Shown one piece after another: positions 1 to 12,900 of a DNA stretch of 64,000 bases. The notes beneath the pieces are model-generated. The model ran no database searches and was not told the DNA's origin. It saw only the letters and a list, made by a program, of their open reading frames with translations. Each line of letters starts with the position of its first letter. Position 1 is the stretch's first letter. The stretch spans positions 10,043,360 through 10,107,359 of the forward strand of contig NC_043019.1 of assembly GCF_006345805.1 (NCBI RefSeq), written 5' to 3'. The stretch is from Octopus sinensis. Taxonomy: Eukaryota. The translations under genes were made by a program, and so were the position numbers.

Positions 1-915
1 GTGATCATTCTTCTAAGCACAACCTAGGTTTGATAGGACTTAACTTTAGTGCACACAACAGGATCCAATCTTTTTTGTATACTGCCAGAGATAGTTCTTG
101 AAACTATTACTAAACAATTGCTAATTTATAAGAGCATCTCTTGAGAACTTTCAGCAAAAAAAAATACCTAAGACTAATCATGATCTATCTAGTGGTTTAT
201 GTATTCTAAGAGAGAGAGAGTGTGTGTGTGTGTGTGTTTCAGTTTAGTTTCTATGGGCTGATATTCTTCCTGTAAAGTAGTTGATAATAAAGAAGGCATC
301 AAGTTGTAGAAATCGAGCTAAAAAATGAAACATGGGAATAAGTTGAGGCAATAGCTCTAAACAGGAACTGACTTGGATTATGACAACCTGTTCAATCCAT
401 GACTGTAGGAAGAAAAAGGACATAAAATGATGATTAAATACAGACACACATACATACAAGTCTGTATGTGTTTGTGAGACTAAGGTAAAACTTAGCTATT
501 CAATAAATAAAGATCAATGAAATAAGTACCAAAGAGTTAGGATCAATAAATAAAACCCTTGAAGGCAAGAGCTCCAGCATGGTTGCATTTCTACAACTGA
601 AACCAATAAAAGAATAAAAGAGAAGGTCTCCATTTTTCTTTGTTGATATGATGTGGGTGGGTTTGTTCCACGATGACATTGTTGTTCCAACTGAATAGGA
701 CTGGCCCAGCATGGCATACAATGGGATCTCAGAACTCTGTGGTTGTGAAGCAAATTGCTTAAGGATACAGCTACAGCTTGTTCCCATTCTAAGTATTTAA
801 AGAGGTGAATGCCAGTAACATACATACAATCTCTTCCTTTTACAACTGTATTGAAGCAAGAATATTATTATTAAGGAACCAGATGAATCCATTTTGACTC
901 TTGTTAAAGATTTAC

Positions 916-1002
916 CCGTGGATGTATTTCAATTCTTTCAAATTGTCTCTTCACTGGCAGAGAAAGTATTTCTCCTCTCTTGTATGTCAGTGGAGCTGGT
1001 TC
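916..1002 (-). CDS. INTS9: INTS9 coding exon 17
   Basis: tag|[29 protein letters not shown]|gtaaat; 87 nt, phase 0-0. Confidence 0.9.
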
Positions 1003-4000
1003 CTACAAAACAACATTGAAGAAGATTTATGAGAAAAAAACAGAAAAGGAAGGCTGGAAGAGAAAGAAAGAATATGAATTTTATTAATCAACATGTAAAG
1101 CTGTATAGTGCAAAAACACACATGGTATTAGCTGTGATGCCAAAAGTAAAGCAAAAAGAAACTACACACACTCTGTAATATAGTTCTCTCTCTCTCACTC
1201 TCTCTCTCTCTCTCGCTCAGATAAACACACATGCCTCAGTGAAGCTGGTTCCTGAGAGATAACATTAAGGAAGATTGAATAAATGATGATGAATAGAAAA
1301 GAATGTAAAACATAAAAGGATGGAAAGAAAAAAATTAACACAAATTAAGAAACGAACAGTTTGGATCAGAATTAATGTTTATTTGAAAATTAATTATGGA
1401 AACAAATTTTTTCAATTACCCATTCAATTGTTAAGTCTGTCCGCATGGGTGCTACATTAGGTGGAGTGATGTAGTCTTCAGCCAACACCAAGTGAAGGGG
1501 TCTTAAGTCTTTAATCAGTTTATTGGCTTGACTGAAACTTAAGCTAATATCAATCGGGCAGTAACAGACCTTCAAGAATAAAAAAAAAAAAATTAAAAAA
1601 ATTAAGACAAATTTCAAAATGCAGAATGTCATACAAATAAATAGAATGTTTATAAGAAAGGAACAGGGGCAGAAATTTAGAGGTGCATACAGTCAATTAA
1701 GATTCATCAATACTAATTTTATCAACCTCCAGAAAGAGGAAAGGCAAAGTTAATCTCAAATAGATGAAAGGCAAAATCAATCCCAAAAGAATAAAAAGCA
1801 AAATTGAGCCCAGAAAGATGAGAGGTAAAATCAGAGGTAAAGGTAAAATAAAAGCAAGATCAAACGAAAAAGAATAAAAGGCAAGAGTCTTTAAATCAGA
1901 CGGATTTAAATTCAGTAAAACATTTATATATGATACCACAAGGCATTTTGTGCAACTCACTAACAGTTCTGGTATCTAATTCACTTCAAACCTTTTGGCA
2001 TTCAGTTTACTCTGTCAAATGTAATGCTAATAATAGATTCACATTGTTTTGAATTAATCATACATTGGCTCATAGCTTCAAGATTTTGCTGATGGGATTA
2101 TTTATTTTGAGAATGACATTGTAGTGTAAGTGTTGAAGTAGTCACTCTGGATAGCTTAAAATTCTTCTAAGCAATATTTAGATCTCCAAGTCAAATATGG
2201 GAAAGGACCCTGCATAGTAAATTCTATTTCGATTTATTGGTATCTGATTGTTTGATGTCAATCAAGTTCACTTGACACAGAATGCTTTCTGTCTGGATTT
2301 ATGAATTCCTTTTATTATATTATACACACGCACGCACGTGCACATACACACATAGTGGTTGTCTACACGTTATGCAGAGTTTGCCCTCCTCCTGTACCTA
2401 CACCATACCACCATCATGGCTCTTCTGATGTGGCTTTTTAAACCAGGCAATGTTCTGAAAAGACACCCACGTAGATTGCACCTCTCAATATATACACATG
2501 CACGTATACAGACCACTGTAATTAACTCTTGCTAAATGCTTCTCCTTTACACTTGTAGCAGATGTCTATGATGCTATTACACAAGTCATTTTGGATGACA
2601 CCTTCCAGAATGACAGGCACCAGATATTTCAAGCATCCTAGGAGTAATTCCTGATCTTCTGTCCTTAACTGCTTTATCTGCCAAGCTGCTGTCTACAAGA
2701 AAGGCTGATCCTTCCAGTTGGGTCCACATTAGAAGGATTCGCTTTCTCTTATGCATCCTCCAGGTTTAATAGCTTTTCAACATGGTACTTCCATGCCCTT
2801 TGCTTTTTTTTCAGACTCACTAAATGCAAGTTTATCATTACCCATCTATACAAACTTCTCTCCCACAATGTCTTCATTCTCTTGCTGCAGAACACTGACA
2901 AACCTCTTACTTTCTGCTACTCTCCTCGCTAAATAAAGCTGTTCCCTAACTTCTCTTCTAGTTGCCTGGTATAATTCTTTGCTGCCCTCTTTCTTCCAAT
3001 CTTTCCAAGCCTCTCTCTTTGCTTTTAATTCTTTGTCTACTTCAGTTTCACCATTATTTCAGCCTTGGTCTAACTGGAGCCTTGAACCAACCACAGATTT
3101 GGTCTGTAGCTCTTAGTAAGTGGTGGTACAGGAAGGTGGAAAGCAGCAGTATGATAAACTTGGATGGTTATCTTGTAAGAGGATATGTAAGATATTTTAT
3201 AATCACTGACTAACTGAAGATACAGTCCTTTACATGTGATTAAAACTGACAGTTTTAACCATTTGGCTTGAGTAAACTGAATTAAATTACATACATGTGC
3301 AAACATACACAGGATGGGCTTCTGGACAGCTCCCATCAATCAAATTTAACTGACAATGCATTGTTGGTCAATCAAAGACAATGAAGACACTTATTCAAGT
3401 AAATGTCTCAAGACAGGAATCACAGGAGTTTTAAGCAGACTTCTACCTATTCAATAGTTTATGATGAGAATCAAAACAAATTCCATTGCTATTTAACAAC
3501 ACATCATCTAATCCCTCCCTTCCTCTTAAACAGAATACAAGAGAAAAGGAGAAATAAATTCGATCAAGTGACATTGGGTGGAAGCTTTTGGAGTAACTAA
3601 TAGAACATAAAAAGAATGAAGAGAGAGAGAGAGAGAGAGAGAGAGAGCATGTCGGTGGAGCTTGTGAATTATAAACACAAGTTTAGAGTTGGTGTTAAAC
3701 GAGATATTGAATACTTTGCATGAATAGATAACATCTAAATTTAAGAAAGAAACAGTAACAAACAAGAACTCACTCTCATTGCCAATGGCTGGTAAGGTGC
3801 CAGAGCTTCTAAGTATGGGAAATCTGGTTCTGAAATATTACAGAAGATATAAAATATTGATGTAAGACTGTGTTGGTAATTGTTGCTTCTTTTTCTTTTT
3901 AACTTCAGGTCAGTTCTCATCAAACAGACTTATGAACAAAAGCATTCGAACCATGAACAGCTTGTCCTTTTCTCCTTATCTCTTCACACTCTTATGGAAC

Positions 4001-7000
4001 ATCCCCCTCTATCCTACTTATACTCCCCGACCTGCAATGTTCCCTGTGGATAGGCCCCAATACATCTCCAACACCATCTATTTCTCTCTCTCTCTCACTG
4101 TCTCTATCTTTCTTTCTAACTCTTTCCCACCTTCCTCGTCATACTGGGGTAACCCTATTTCCTATCCCTATCCTTCTATTATACACTAAGCTCATGCCTG
4201 GCACAAACCCACTTTCCTCGGTTCCACTCCATCTCAACTATGAGACCTTTGTCTTGTATGTTACTTAGTAACCCTGCAGGTATTGGCTGCACGTAAAAAG
4301 CACCAGTGCTGGTACCATGTAAAAAGCACCCAGTGACACTCTGTAAAGAGGCTGGTCTGAGGAAGGGTGTCGAGCCATAGAAACCATGTCAAAACAGGAA
4401 ACTGGATCTTGGTGAAGCTCTCCAACTTGCTAGCACTCATCAAACTGTCCAACTCATGACGATGATGAGGCATAATACATGGATGAAGTCTAATGATAGA
4501 AACCAATAAAAGAATAATATAACAAAAACTAGATTATCGAATGTGTCCGAGGGAAATCTGGTTGGTAAATTCTGCAGATTGAGTGACTGCATAAAGGCTT
4601 TTGTGTTTGGATTATTAGTGATTGGTATGAAATCAGGCTTAGCATCATGCCTGGGTATCTCTGAGAAAGTAACAGAAATAAAACTATTTCTTGCTCTCTT
4701 GACTGGCTCCTGTGCCGGTGGCATGTAAGAAGCACTATCCAAACATGATTGATGCCAGGCCCACCTGACTGGCTCCTGTGCCGGTAGCATGTAAGAAGCA
4801 CCCACTACACTCTCGAAGTGGCTGGCATTAGGAATGGCATCTAGCTGTAGAAACATTGCCAGATCAGATTGGAGCCTGGTGCAGCTGCTGGTTCTCCAGA
4901 CCTCACTCAAACCGTGCACACCAATGCCAGCATGGAAAACAGACGTTAAACGATGATGATGATGATGTTCAAGTCTGAAAATATGGATGATAATAGATAT
5001 TTAATTTGGTACATATTTCAAAATTTTTCAAGAAACATCATTTACATATTTGACTATATAATTTCTTTGATCCCAGCCAGAATTGGACTGAGCAGATCTT
5101 CTTGTTCCAGCCATGACCATATCAGCTTTTAGTATATCTGAGACTGCACTGTCCAAAGTGTCCTGCCATTTTTAATAATGGTAGGGTTTGATTTGAGGAA
5201 GACAGGGATACAATTGCGACCCAAGCAACTGGGTACTTGGCTCCTTCATTCGTTTATGTTTATGCAGCTATTAGGTATGTAACATGTAAATGTTTAGAAC
5301 CAGGAAGAAGAGGTTTTCTTTTAAATAACTGCACAATCCTCAATCTCTGCAGATCAAATATTTTTAAATAGTTTGACAAGATCTCTCAACAGAAATATTT
5401 TTTGGTTTCTGATGCTTAATAACAGTTTCACTGTTTATGCGATCAGATACAAATCCACTGCAAATGTATTTCATTTAATCTTGAAAATAAGATGCTTTAT
5501 AGGAACATTAAACTGGCTCCAGTACTTCACTGGTGTTTTATTTTATCAATCTTAGGATGATAAAAGGTTGACTTTACCTAGATTTGAACTCCAGATGTAA
5601 TAAAAGGCTATAACAGAGGCAATTCATCCAACACCTTAATGATTCTACCAATCTGCCATTATAAGAGAGGGTTATAGGATAACAAGACTTTAATTTGAAA
5701 TCTTTATTGAAGTCATATTAAAAAAATCACTTGTCTCTTTGTTCAATCATAAACAGCAATAAAAGTTGCAATAAGATTTTAAAATCAGAAGAGTGGGAAT
5801 TTGATATCCAGGCACATATTCCTTCCATAAATCTGAGTTTTAACCCAACAGTTCTACGCACCAAAATACCTAAATCTTTGTATCTGAAATTATTCATTAT
5901 AGGTGCAAGCCTGATTGTGTGGTTGTAAAGTTCAGTTCACAACCACATAATTGCAGACTGAATTCCACAGCATAACATTTTTGGTATCATTTACCATCAT
6001 CTCAGATCAACTAAAACCTTTGGTAAGCAAAGAAGAATGGATGGACAAATGGCGGGATCTGCCTTTTGTATTTAGTTGCATCTTTTTTCCCATTCTGAGT
6101 TCAATCTAATTCCACCTAGGGTATGCTTACCTTTTCTTCTGAAGTTAATAAAATAAGTATCAGACAAATAAAAGGGGCAGCAGATATAGACAATGAAACC
6201 CTTCATGGTAGTGCCTCAACAAGACTCAATGACTCAAGCCACAAAAGCATAATACAAGAATGTTGTCATACATATCTACGCATGTAGATATATATATATT
6301 CCTTTACTTGTTGTGGGCTGATATGGCTGTGATTAAGAAATTCACTTTGCATCCATATGGTTTTAATCCAATTGCATAGTATCTTAGTCAAATGGCTTCT
6401 ATCATTCCCCAAAGTCAATATCTTATGAGTTAAATTTGGTAAAATTTGCATGAAGGGACTTCAGAAGGATTGTTTCTGCTTTGTTGTATTGGTAGACTTA
6501 AACTATTAGTTTATCTCCATCCAGTCCTACTGCAAGCATTTAAGCCAGGTATTTAACCTGAGCATAACTACTCCCGTCTACCAAATTTTGAGGCTCTGAA
6601 ACTAATCAGAGGCACTGCCCTTCCTCTTCTCACTGAACAGTTTAAAATATGGAAAAAGTTTGATTACTTAAACTTACCTGTGAACATAACAGCATTTGCA
6701 GAAGATTTGCCCCACAGCTCCAAGAAATGTACCACATCTCCCATACGTAGAGACGGATGTCCAGCAAAAACAATGCATGGAGATTTGAAAGAATTACTCA
6801 AACCACCTAAAAAATGATTTTAAAAAATATGAAGGAATAATTTAAGGAGGACATGTGATTACATATTTTCATATAAAATAAGATGACACACACACATATA
6901 TAATGGGCTTTCTCATATTTTCTATCAACTAAATGTCACTGAAGAGACATTGAATAAAAGAAAGTTATGTTAAAAAACAGCAAGCGGTGGGCATGAACCT

Positions 7001-9899
7001 GGAACCACATGCAGTTAAGAAGTTACAAAACAAAAAACCAAATCCTTCTTAATCACACAGCCATAGCCATGTCTTAAAGAGTCAAATTTAAATTGTTTCA
7101 GAACATCACCATCATTTAATGTCCATGTTCCTTGCTGGCATGGGTCGGATAGTTTAACAGGATCTGATGGGTCTAAGGACTGCACTGCGCCCAAGAGTCT
7201 GCTTTGGTATGGTTTCTGCCCTTTTGGAGGCCCTTTTTAATGCCAACAACTTTACAGCATGCACTGGGTGTTTTTCATACCACCAGTACTAATGAGGTTG
7301 CCATAGAACTCACAAAATTATACACTCCAAATGTGGGGTGGTCAGTTTTATGCTAAGGAATGATTGTTAAAGTACAGCAGGTTCTTCTTGTAGAGGAGTT
7401 ACATGGTTATTCACATTTATCAAAATAGGGTGAGAATAATCAATAAGAGGTGCAAAGTGATAAATAATGGTGATGAGATGGGTTTTCACGTTGCCAGCCA
7501 TCTTGGTCCTTTGTCATCACTTCCATGAGGCTAAGGGTTTTGAGGTCTGTCTTCAGCACTTTGTACCATGTCTTGGGTCTCCTTCTTTCACAAGCTCCAA
7601 CCACATTAAGTGATCAGCATTTCTTTATGCACATGTCCATGCCAGTGCAGCTTTCTTTCTTGCAAACATTTCTCACCATCTTTATACATTGTTCATGTGT
7701 ACTAACATGGCAAATTCAATGGAGCATCATCATCATCATCAACATTTAATGTCCATTTTCCATGCTGGTATGGGTTGGACGGCATGGCAGGAACTGGTAA
7801 AGCCAGATGTGGCACCAGGTTCCATTGTCTGTTTTGACTTGGTTGCTATGGCGAGATGCCCTTCCTAACACCAACCACTCCACAGAGTTCACATGCTCAA
7901 CTCATTTCTTCCCAGTTTTCTCATGTTCTCTGTGTTCGTGGCCCATGTCTCATTACCGTGCAGCATTGCAATTTTTACTCAAGCATCACGCAAGCTATCC
8001 TTCCTTCTGATGGGAAATATCTTGGTCATCAGCAGCAGAAGTAACTCCCTCAACTTTCTCAACGTCTACTTACTCTGGTTACTGTACTTTTAGAACAATT
8101 ATCTCCTTTGCTAATTACACCTCACACTAAACAAAAGCAACCATTTAAAATATCTAAAGAAGACAGACTAGAAATGTTTACAGAGGAAAGCCAAGTAATT
8201 AGGGAGAAGTACTGTTCACACAAGTCATTTATAACTTTAGAGACATTACACAAACAAACAGACACATAAATATCATCATCCTCTTGTTAATGTCCAGTTT
8301 CCTGTGTTTGCATGGGTCAGACAAAATTTATTAATGCAGTTTTCTAGTCTGATGCTCTTCCTGTTACTAACCATCACTTGTATCCAAGTATCACAATATT
8401 GTCCAGAGTGCTGCAAAACTGAAACAACCCAAACGTGGGGACATGTACTTATAGACAACTGCAAATGAATGACACTGATATGATGGTGATGTTTATTTTA
8501 TAATTAGTGCCTGATATCAAGACAAGGAGATATAAACACACATACACAGACAAATGTATGATGGGCTTCTTGGAGTTTCTATTTACCAAATTAAACTATG
8601 GTTGGTCCAGGGTTACAAAAGGCATGTGCACAAAGGAATTGAACCTGAAACCTTTTAACTTCTTAACCATGCAACCATGGTTGTGTGCGTGCACGCATAC
8701 ACACACACACACACACAGGTAGTTAGCTACAGACATTTAGTTTTAAGGTTTATGAAGAGGAATGAAGGAAGAAATCTGGATTCATGGATTAACTTTAAAC
8801 TGCAAACTTGGTCCACTAAAGACTCCCAAGGACCAGGTAGTGGATTGTCTACTACACAAGAGCAGTTAAAGTCAATCCAATTAGCTTCCACAGTTTTTGT
8901 TTACTCAATTTCAGTAACAAGATTTGGATTAACCAGGGGCTACATCACCTGGTCACACTGCAGGCATAGATTCCGGACTCTCTGTTGCCATCCAATTCTA
9001 TTGTTCATTGTATCTGGTAGGTCAGAAAGATTGCAATTTATGTTGTCAGAAACCGGTTTAATATAGGTCTTGGCTTGTTGTCCCCTGTTAGCTCCCACTA
9101 ATAATTTCGTCTTTAACTCTCCAGCAACACCCTGTAAATCTAACTCTACACTCTTTGATGCTGTCTCATACTGGACAAAGGTTCCCTAAAAATTGCTCAT
9201 TGGTCAGATGATCTATCCAGGTGACATTTCAAAACCACTCTTAGCAAGTGAACCAAGGTTACAATTTTAGAAATTTGTTCAAAGGATGCTATGTAGTGGA
9301 ATGAAACAGCTCCTACAGAGGCTGTTTCCACTGTGATTTACAGAGTCTATCTTTCCTCCAACTTTTCTTTCATGTTTCATTTTTATTATTATTTTGTGAT
9401 AATGTTATTTAGGTGTAAAAGCCTTTCATTGTACAGCTATCAATTATTCACTGATATTTTACCAAAGAAAAACGAAACTTACTGTGAATATTGGTAAAAT
9501 TCTGAAGCCTGCCACTATTTAAAAGCTGCAATAAATAAGAAACATCAAATTATATGTGTTAGTGATTATGTGTGTGTGTGTGTATGTGTATATATATACA
9601 TATATAGCATTAGAAAGGACACCCAACCATAGAAACCATGCAAAAACAGACACATGAAGCCTGGGCAGCTCTTCAGTTGGTCAACTCTTGTCAAACTGTC
9701 CAATCGATGTCAGCATGGAGAACAGGCATTAAAAGATAATGATGGTAATGATAATGATCACGATATGATTTGAAGGACTTAACTGTTTGAATCAAAGTAA
9801 TCAACAATTCAAAAGAACTGAATAAATTTACACAGAAATGAATGAATAAATTTTATATAAATATATATCCCTACATTTACTTATATACATACACACACC

Positions 9900-9949
<50 letters not shown>

Positions 9950-12900
9950 TATGTATGTATGTTGAAGTGTGTTAAACATTAAATTTCAAAATGTATTTAA
10001 CTGACACTTGAGTTCTTGACAACAAAAGCAAAATGACAAACTTCTTCTTCCATAAAAACGAAGAAGTCAGTCATTTTACATTTGTTGTTAAGAACTTAAC
10101 TGTCATCATCATCATCATCATTTAACGTCTGCTTTCCCTATTGGCATGGGTTGGACAGTTTGGGACTGGTAAGCTAGGAGGCTGCTCCAGGTTCCAATCT
10201 GATCTGGCAGTGTTTCTACAGCTGGATGCCCTTCCTAACGCCAACCACTCCAAGAGTGCAGTGGGTGCTTTTTATGTGCTATCGGCACGGGGGCCAGTCA
10301 GGCAGCACTGGCATCGACTACACACGAGGCGACAGAAATCTGATGATTACTATGAAAGTATGAAAGCGCTAACTGAACTTTATGAACATTGCAAAATATT
10401 TTTTTAATGTTTAACACACCTCAACATTGTAAAAAAATATTTTTAAATACAAAAATAAAAAACATGAAAACCAGACCATGTTGTAACTTTATTCACTGAT
10501 ATATTAATCTATACACATTTACACAAAGTTGTAAAAACTTTTAAATATGTGTGTGTGAGTGTGTTAACAGAGGTCACAGAAGTGACAGAGGGTGCTGGCC
10601 AGCACGGCTTATGCTAAAGCTACTAAAGCACTATATTTAATGACTGTCAAAGGGAGGTAAGTCCCTAGCGTACATAGCCGTATTGCAATTTCGAATTTTG
10701 GTGTAGAAAGACCTTAATTCTCATCAGTGGCTCTTAACGCCTAAGGTTAAACTCAACTTCCCTTGTCAATCTTATAAGAAACACTGTTAAAGTCATATGC
10801 TGATTTTCAAAACAGTGAAAGTGTAAACAAAAGAGTAGCTTATTTAACAATTAGAACCTGTGGCACGTAAAAAGCACCCACTACACTCATGGAGTGGTTG
10901 GCCTTAGGAAGGGCATCCAGCCGTAGAAACATTGCCAGATCAGACTGGGCCTGGTGCAGCCTTCTGCCTTCCCAGACCCCAGTTGAACCGTCCAACCCAT
11001 GCTAGCATGGAAAGCGGATGCTAAATGATGATGATGATGATGATGATGATACAAAATTAATAGAGGTCACAAAATTGAGAGAGTGTGCTGGCCAGCACCT
11101 CCTACGCTAAAGTAAAAGTTAAATTAACTCTAAAGTCACTAAAGCACTGATGACTGACAAAGGTGTTAAGAGCTGCTGTTGAGAATTAAAGTGTTCTACA
11201 CCAAGTTGCAATATGGCTACGTAAGCTAGGGACTCACCTCCCTTCGTCAGTCATTAAATATAGTGCTTTAGTGGCCTTTAGAGTTAATTTAACTCATATT
11301 TTAGCATAAGCAGTGCTGGCCAGCACCCTCCATCACTTTTGTGACCTTTATTAATTTAGCCCTTAGGTTCTAATTGCTAATAAACTACCCTTTTAAGTTT
11401 TATATATATATATATATATTAGTAAATCCCAAAAAAAACAAAGAACACACACACACACAAAAACAACACGAGGACCTGGTACATGTAAAGTATTAGCAGA
11501 CTTTCAGGGAAGGAAACAAAGATGGTTTAATGATTCGAGCAAAGCTCTTCTTCAGAAACAGAGGAAAATCCAATAGAAAAGGAAGACGAAGGAAGAAAAT
11601 CGCCAACGATTCACATGTGGTTACATTTTGAAATTTGTTTATATATACACACACACACACACACACAAATTTTACATATCTATGTAAGTATATATTCTTC
11701 AAGAAAGAAACTAAACATAGGCAAGGAAGTGGAGAAACTGGTGCTCTTCAAAGGAAGCCCTTTTCAAGATACCTGCTGCTCTAAATTACAGACTCTGCTG
11801 ATTATTAATAAAAGTAAACAATTAAATAATGTTGTAGTTATCAGTGTTTAGATAATCCCAGGTAGAGCTGTGATTAAGTAAACATATGGTTAAAATTATT
11901 TGTCTCATACCCATCAGGTTTTTTGCTTTCTTCATACACAGGAATACACCACCTAAATGTATTCTTATTTTAAACTGATATTCTTTCATTCTTTTCCTGA
12001 TTTTAATCAATGGACCCTGGTTATGCTGAAGCATCACTTTCTAGGGTTAAGTCAATTATATCAAACCCACCCTCCAATACTTATTTTTAATGAATGGTAT
12101 TTACTTATCATCACAAGAAGGACGAAAGGCTAAGTGGAGAGGATCTGAGCTGAAGAGACTTCCCAGTCCTGCCATTATTCACCAGCTGTCTCGGTTGAAT
12201 GGAGTTAGTTTATGCTGTCATTTCTAGTTGTTTCATCAACTTTGTGTTCCTGCATTGACTTTTGGCTTCATTGTTGTTTGGCAACAGCTCATTCCTGATT
12301 GAGAAGATCTCTTATCGGAGACACTCCAATAATGAGTATCCCACCTTTTTAAGGGTATGCAGGACTGCATTGTGTAATGTGTCCTTTCTCTTTTTTTAAA
12401 TAGTAGGGTGTAAATTGAAGGACAATTGGTTGGCTGCTGTATGCAGTAGGTCAAGTGACCATATAGAGGCTACCTTGTTGACTTCAGTTTTACAATGTTG
12501 TTATTATCTCACAGCTCCTAGTCAATCCTAATCAAGGATGCCTGTGATCAAAGACATTCAAGCCATAACTATTCTTTCATTTTGCCAGACAGAGAGTATC
12601 TCTAAGTACAGCATCCAACATGTCCTATTTATTTTAAGATGATAGAATTTGATTTGAGGGAGATTTGTCTACTATTTGTAGCGAGTTGAGCAACCACATA
12701 GAGGTTTTATATCTACTGATGCTATAATACTAAAACTAACTCCTCTTGAAGGGCAAACAGTTATATGTTTCCTCCAAACTGTAAAATGACAGAAATTCAC
12801 ATCAAATAACAGAAAAACACCGAAAAATGGAAAATACAATGGCCTGAGGATTGAACCCAACCAGAATTATGAAACAAAAAAGTGTAATTACCTCTGCATG

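Noticed and set aside
244-825. ORFs at 244-459, 500-787 and 514-825 as the next INTS9 exon
   Set aside because: No resemblance to the INTS9 segment expected after exon 17; they look like repeat remnants. The next exon probably lies left of the window.
11911-11952. AG/GT-flanked segment as INTS9 exon 13
   Set aside because: It has an in-frame TGA in the required phase; 9483-9525 fits both phase and sequence.
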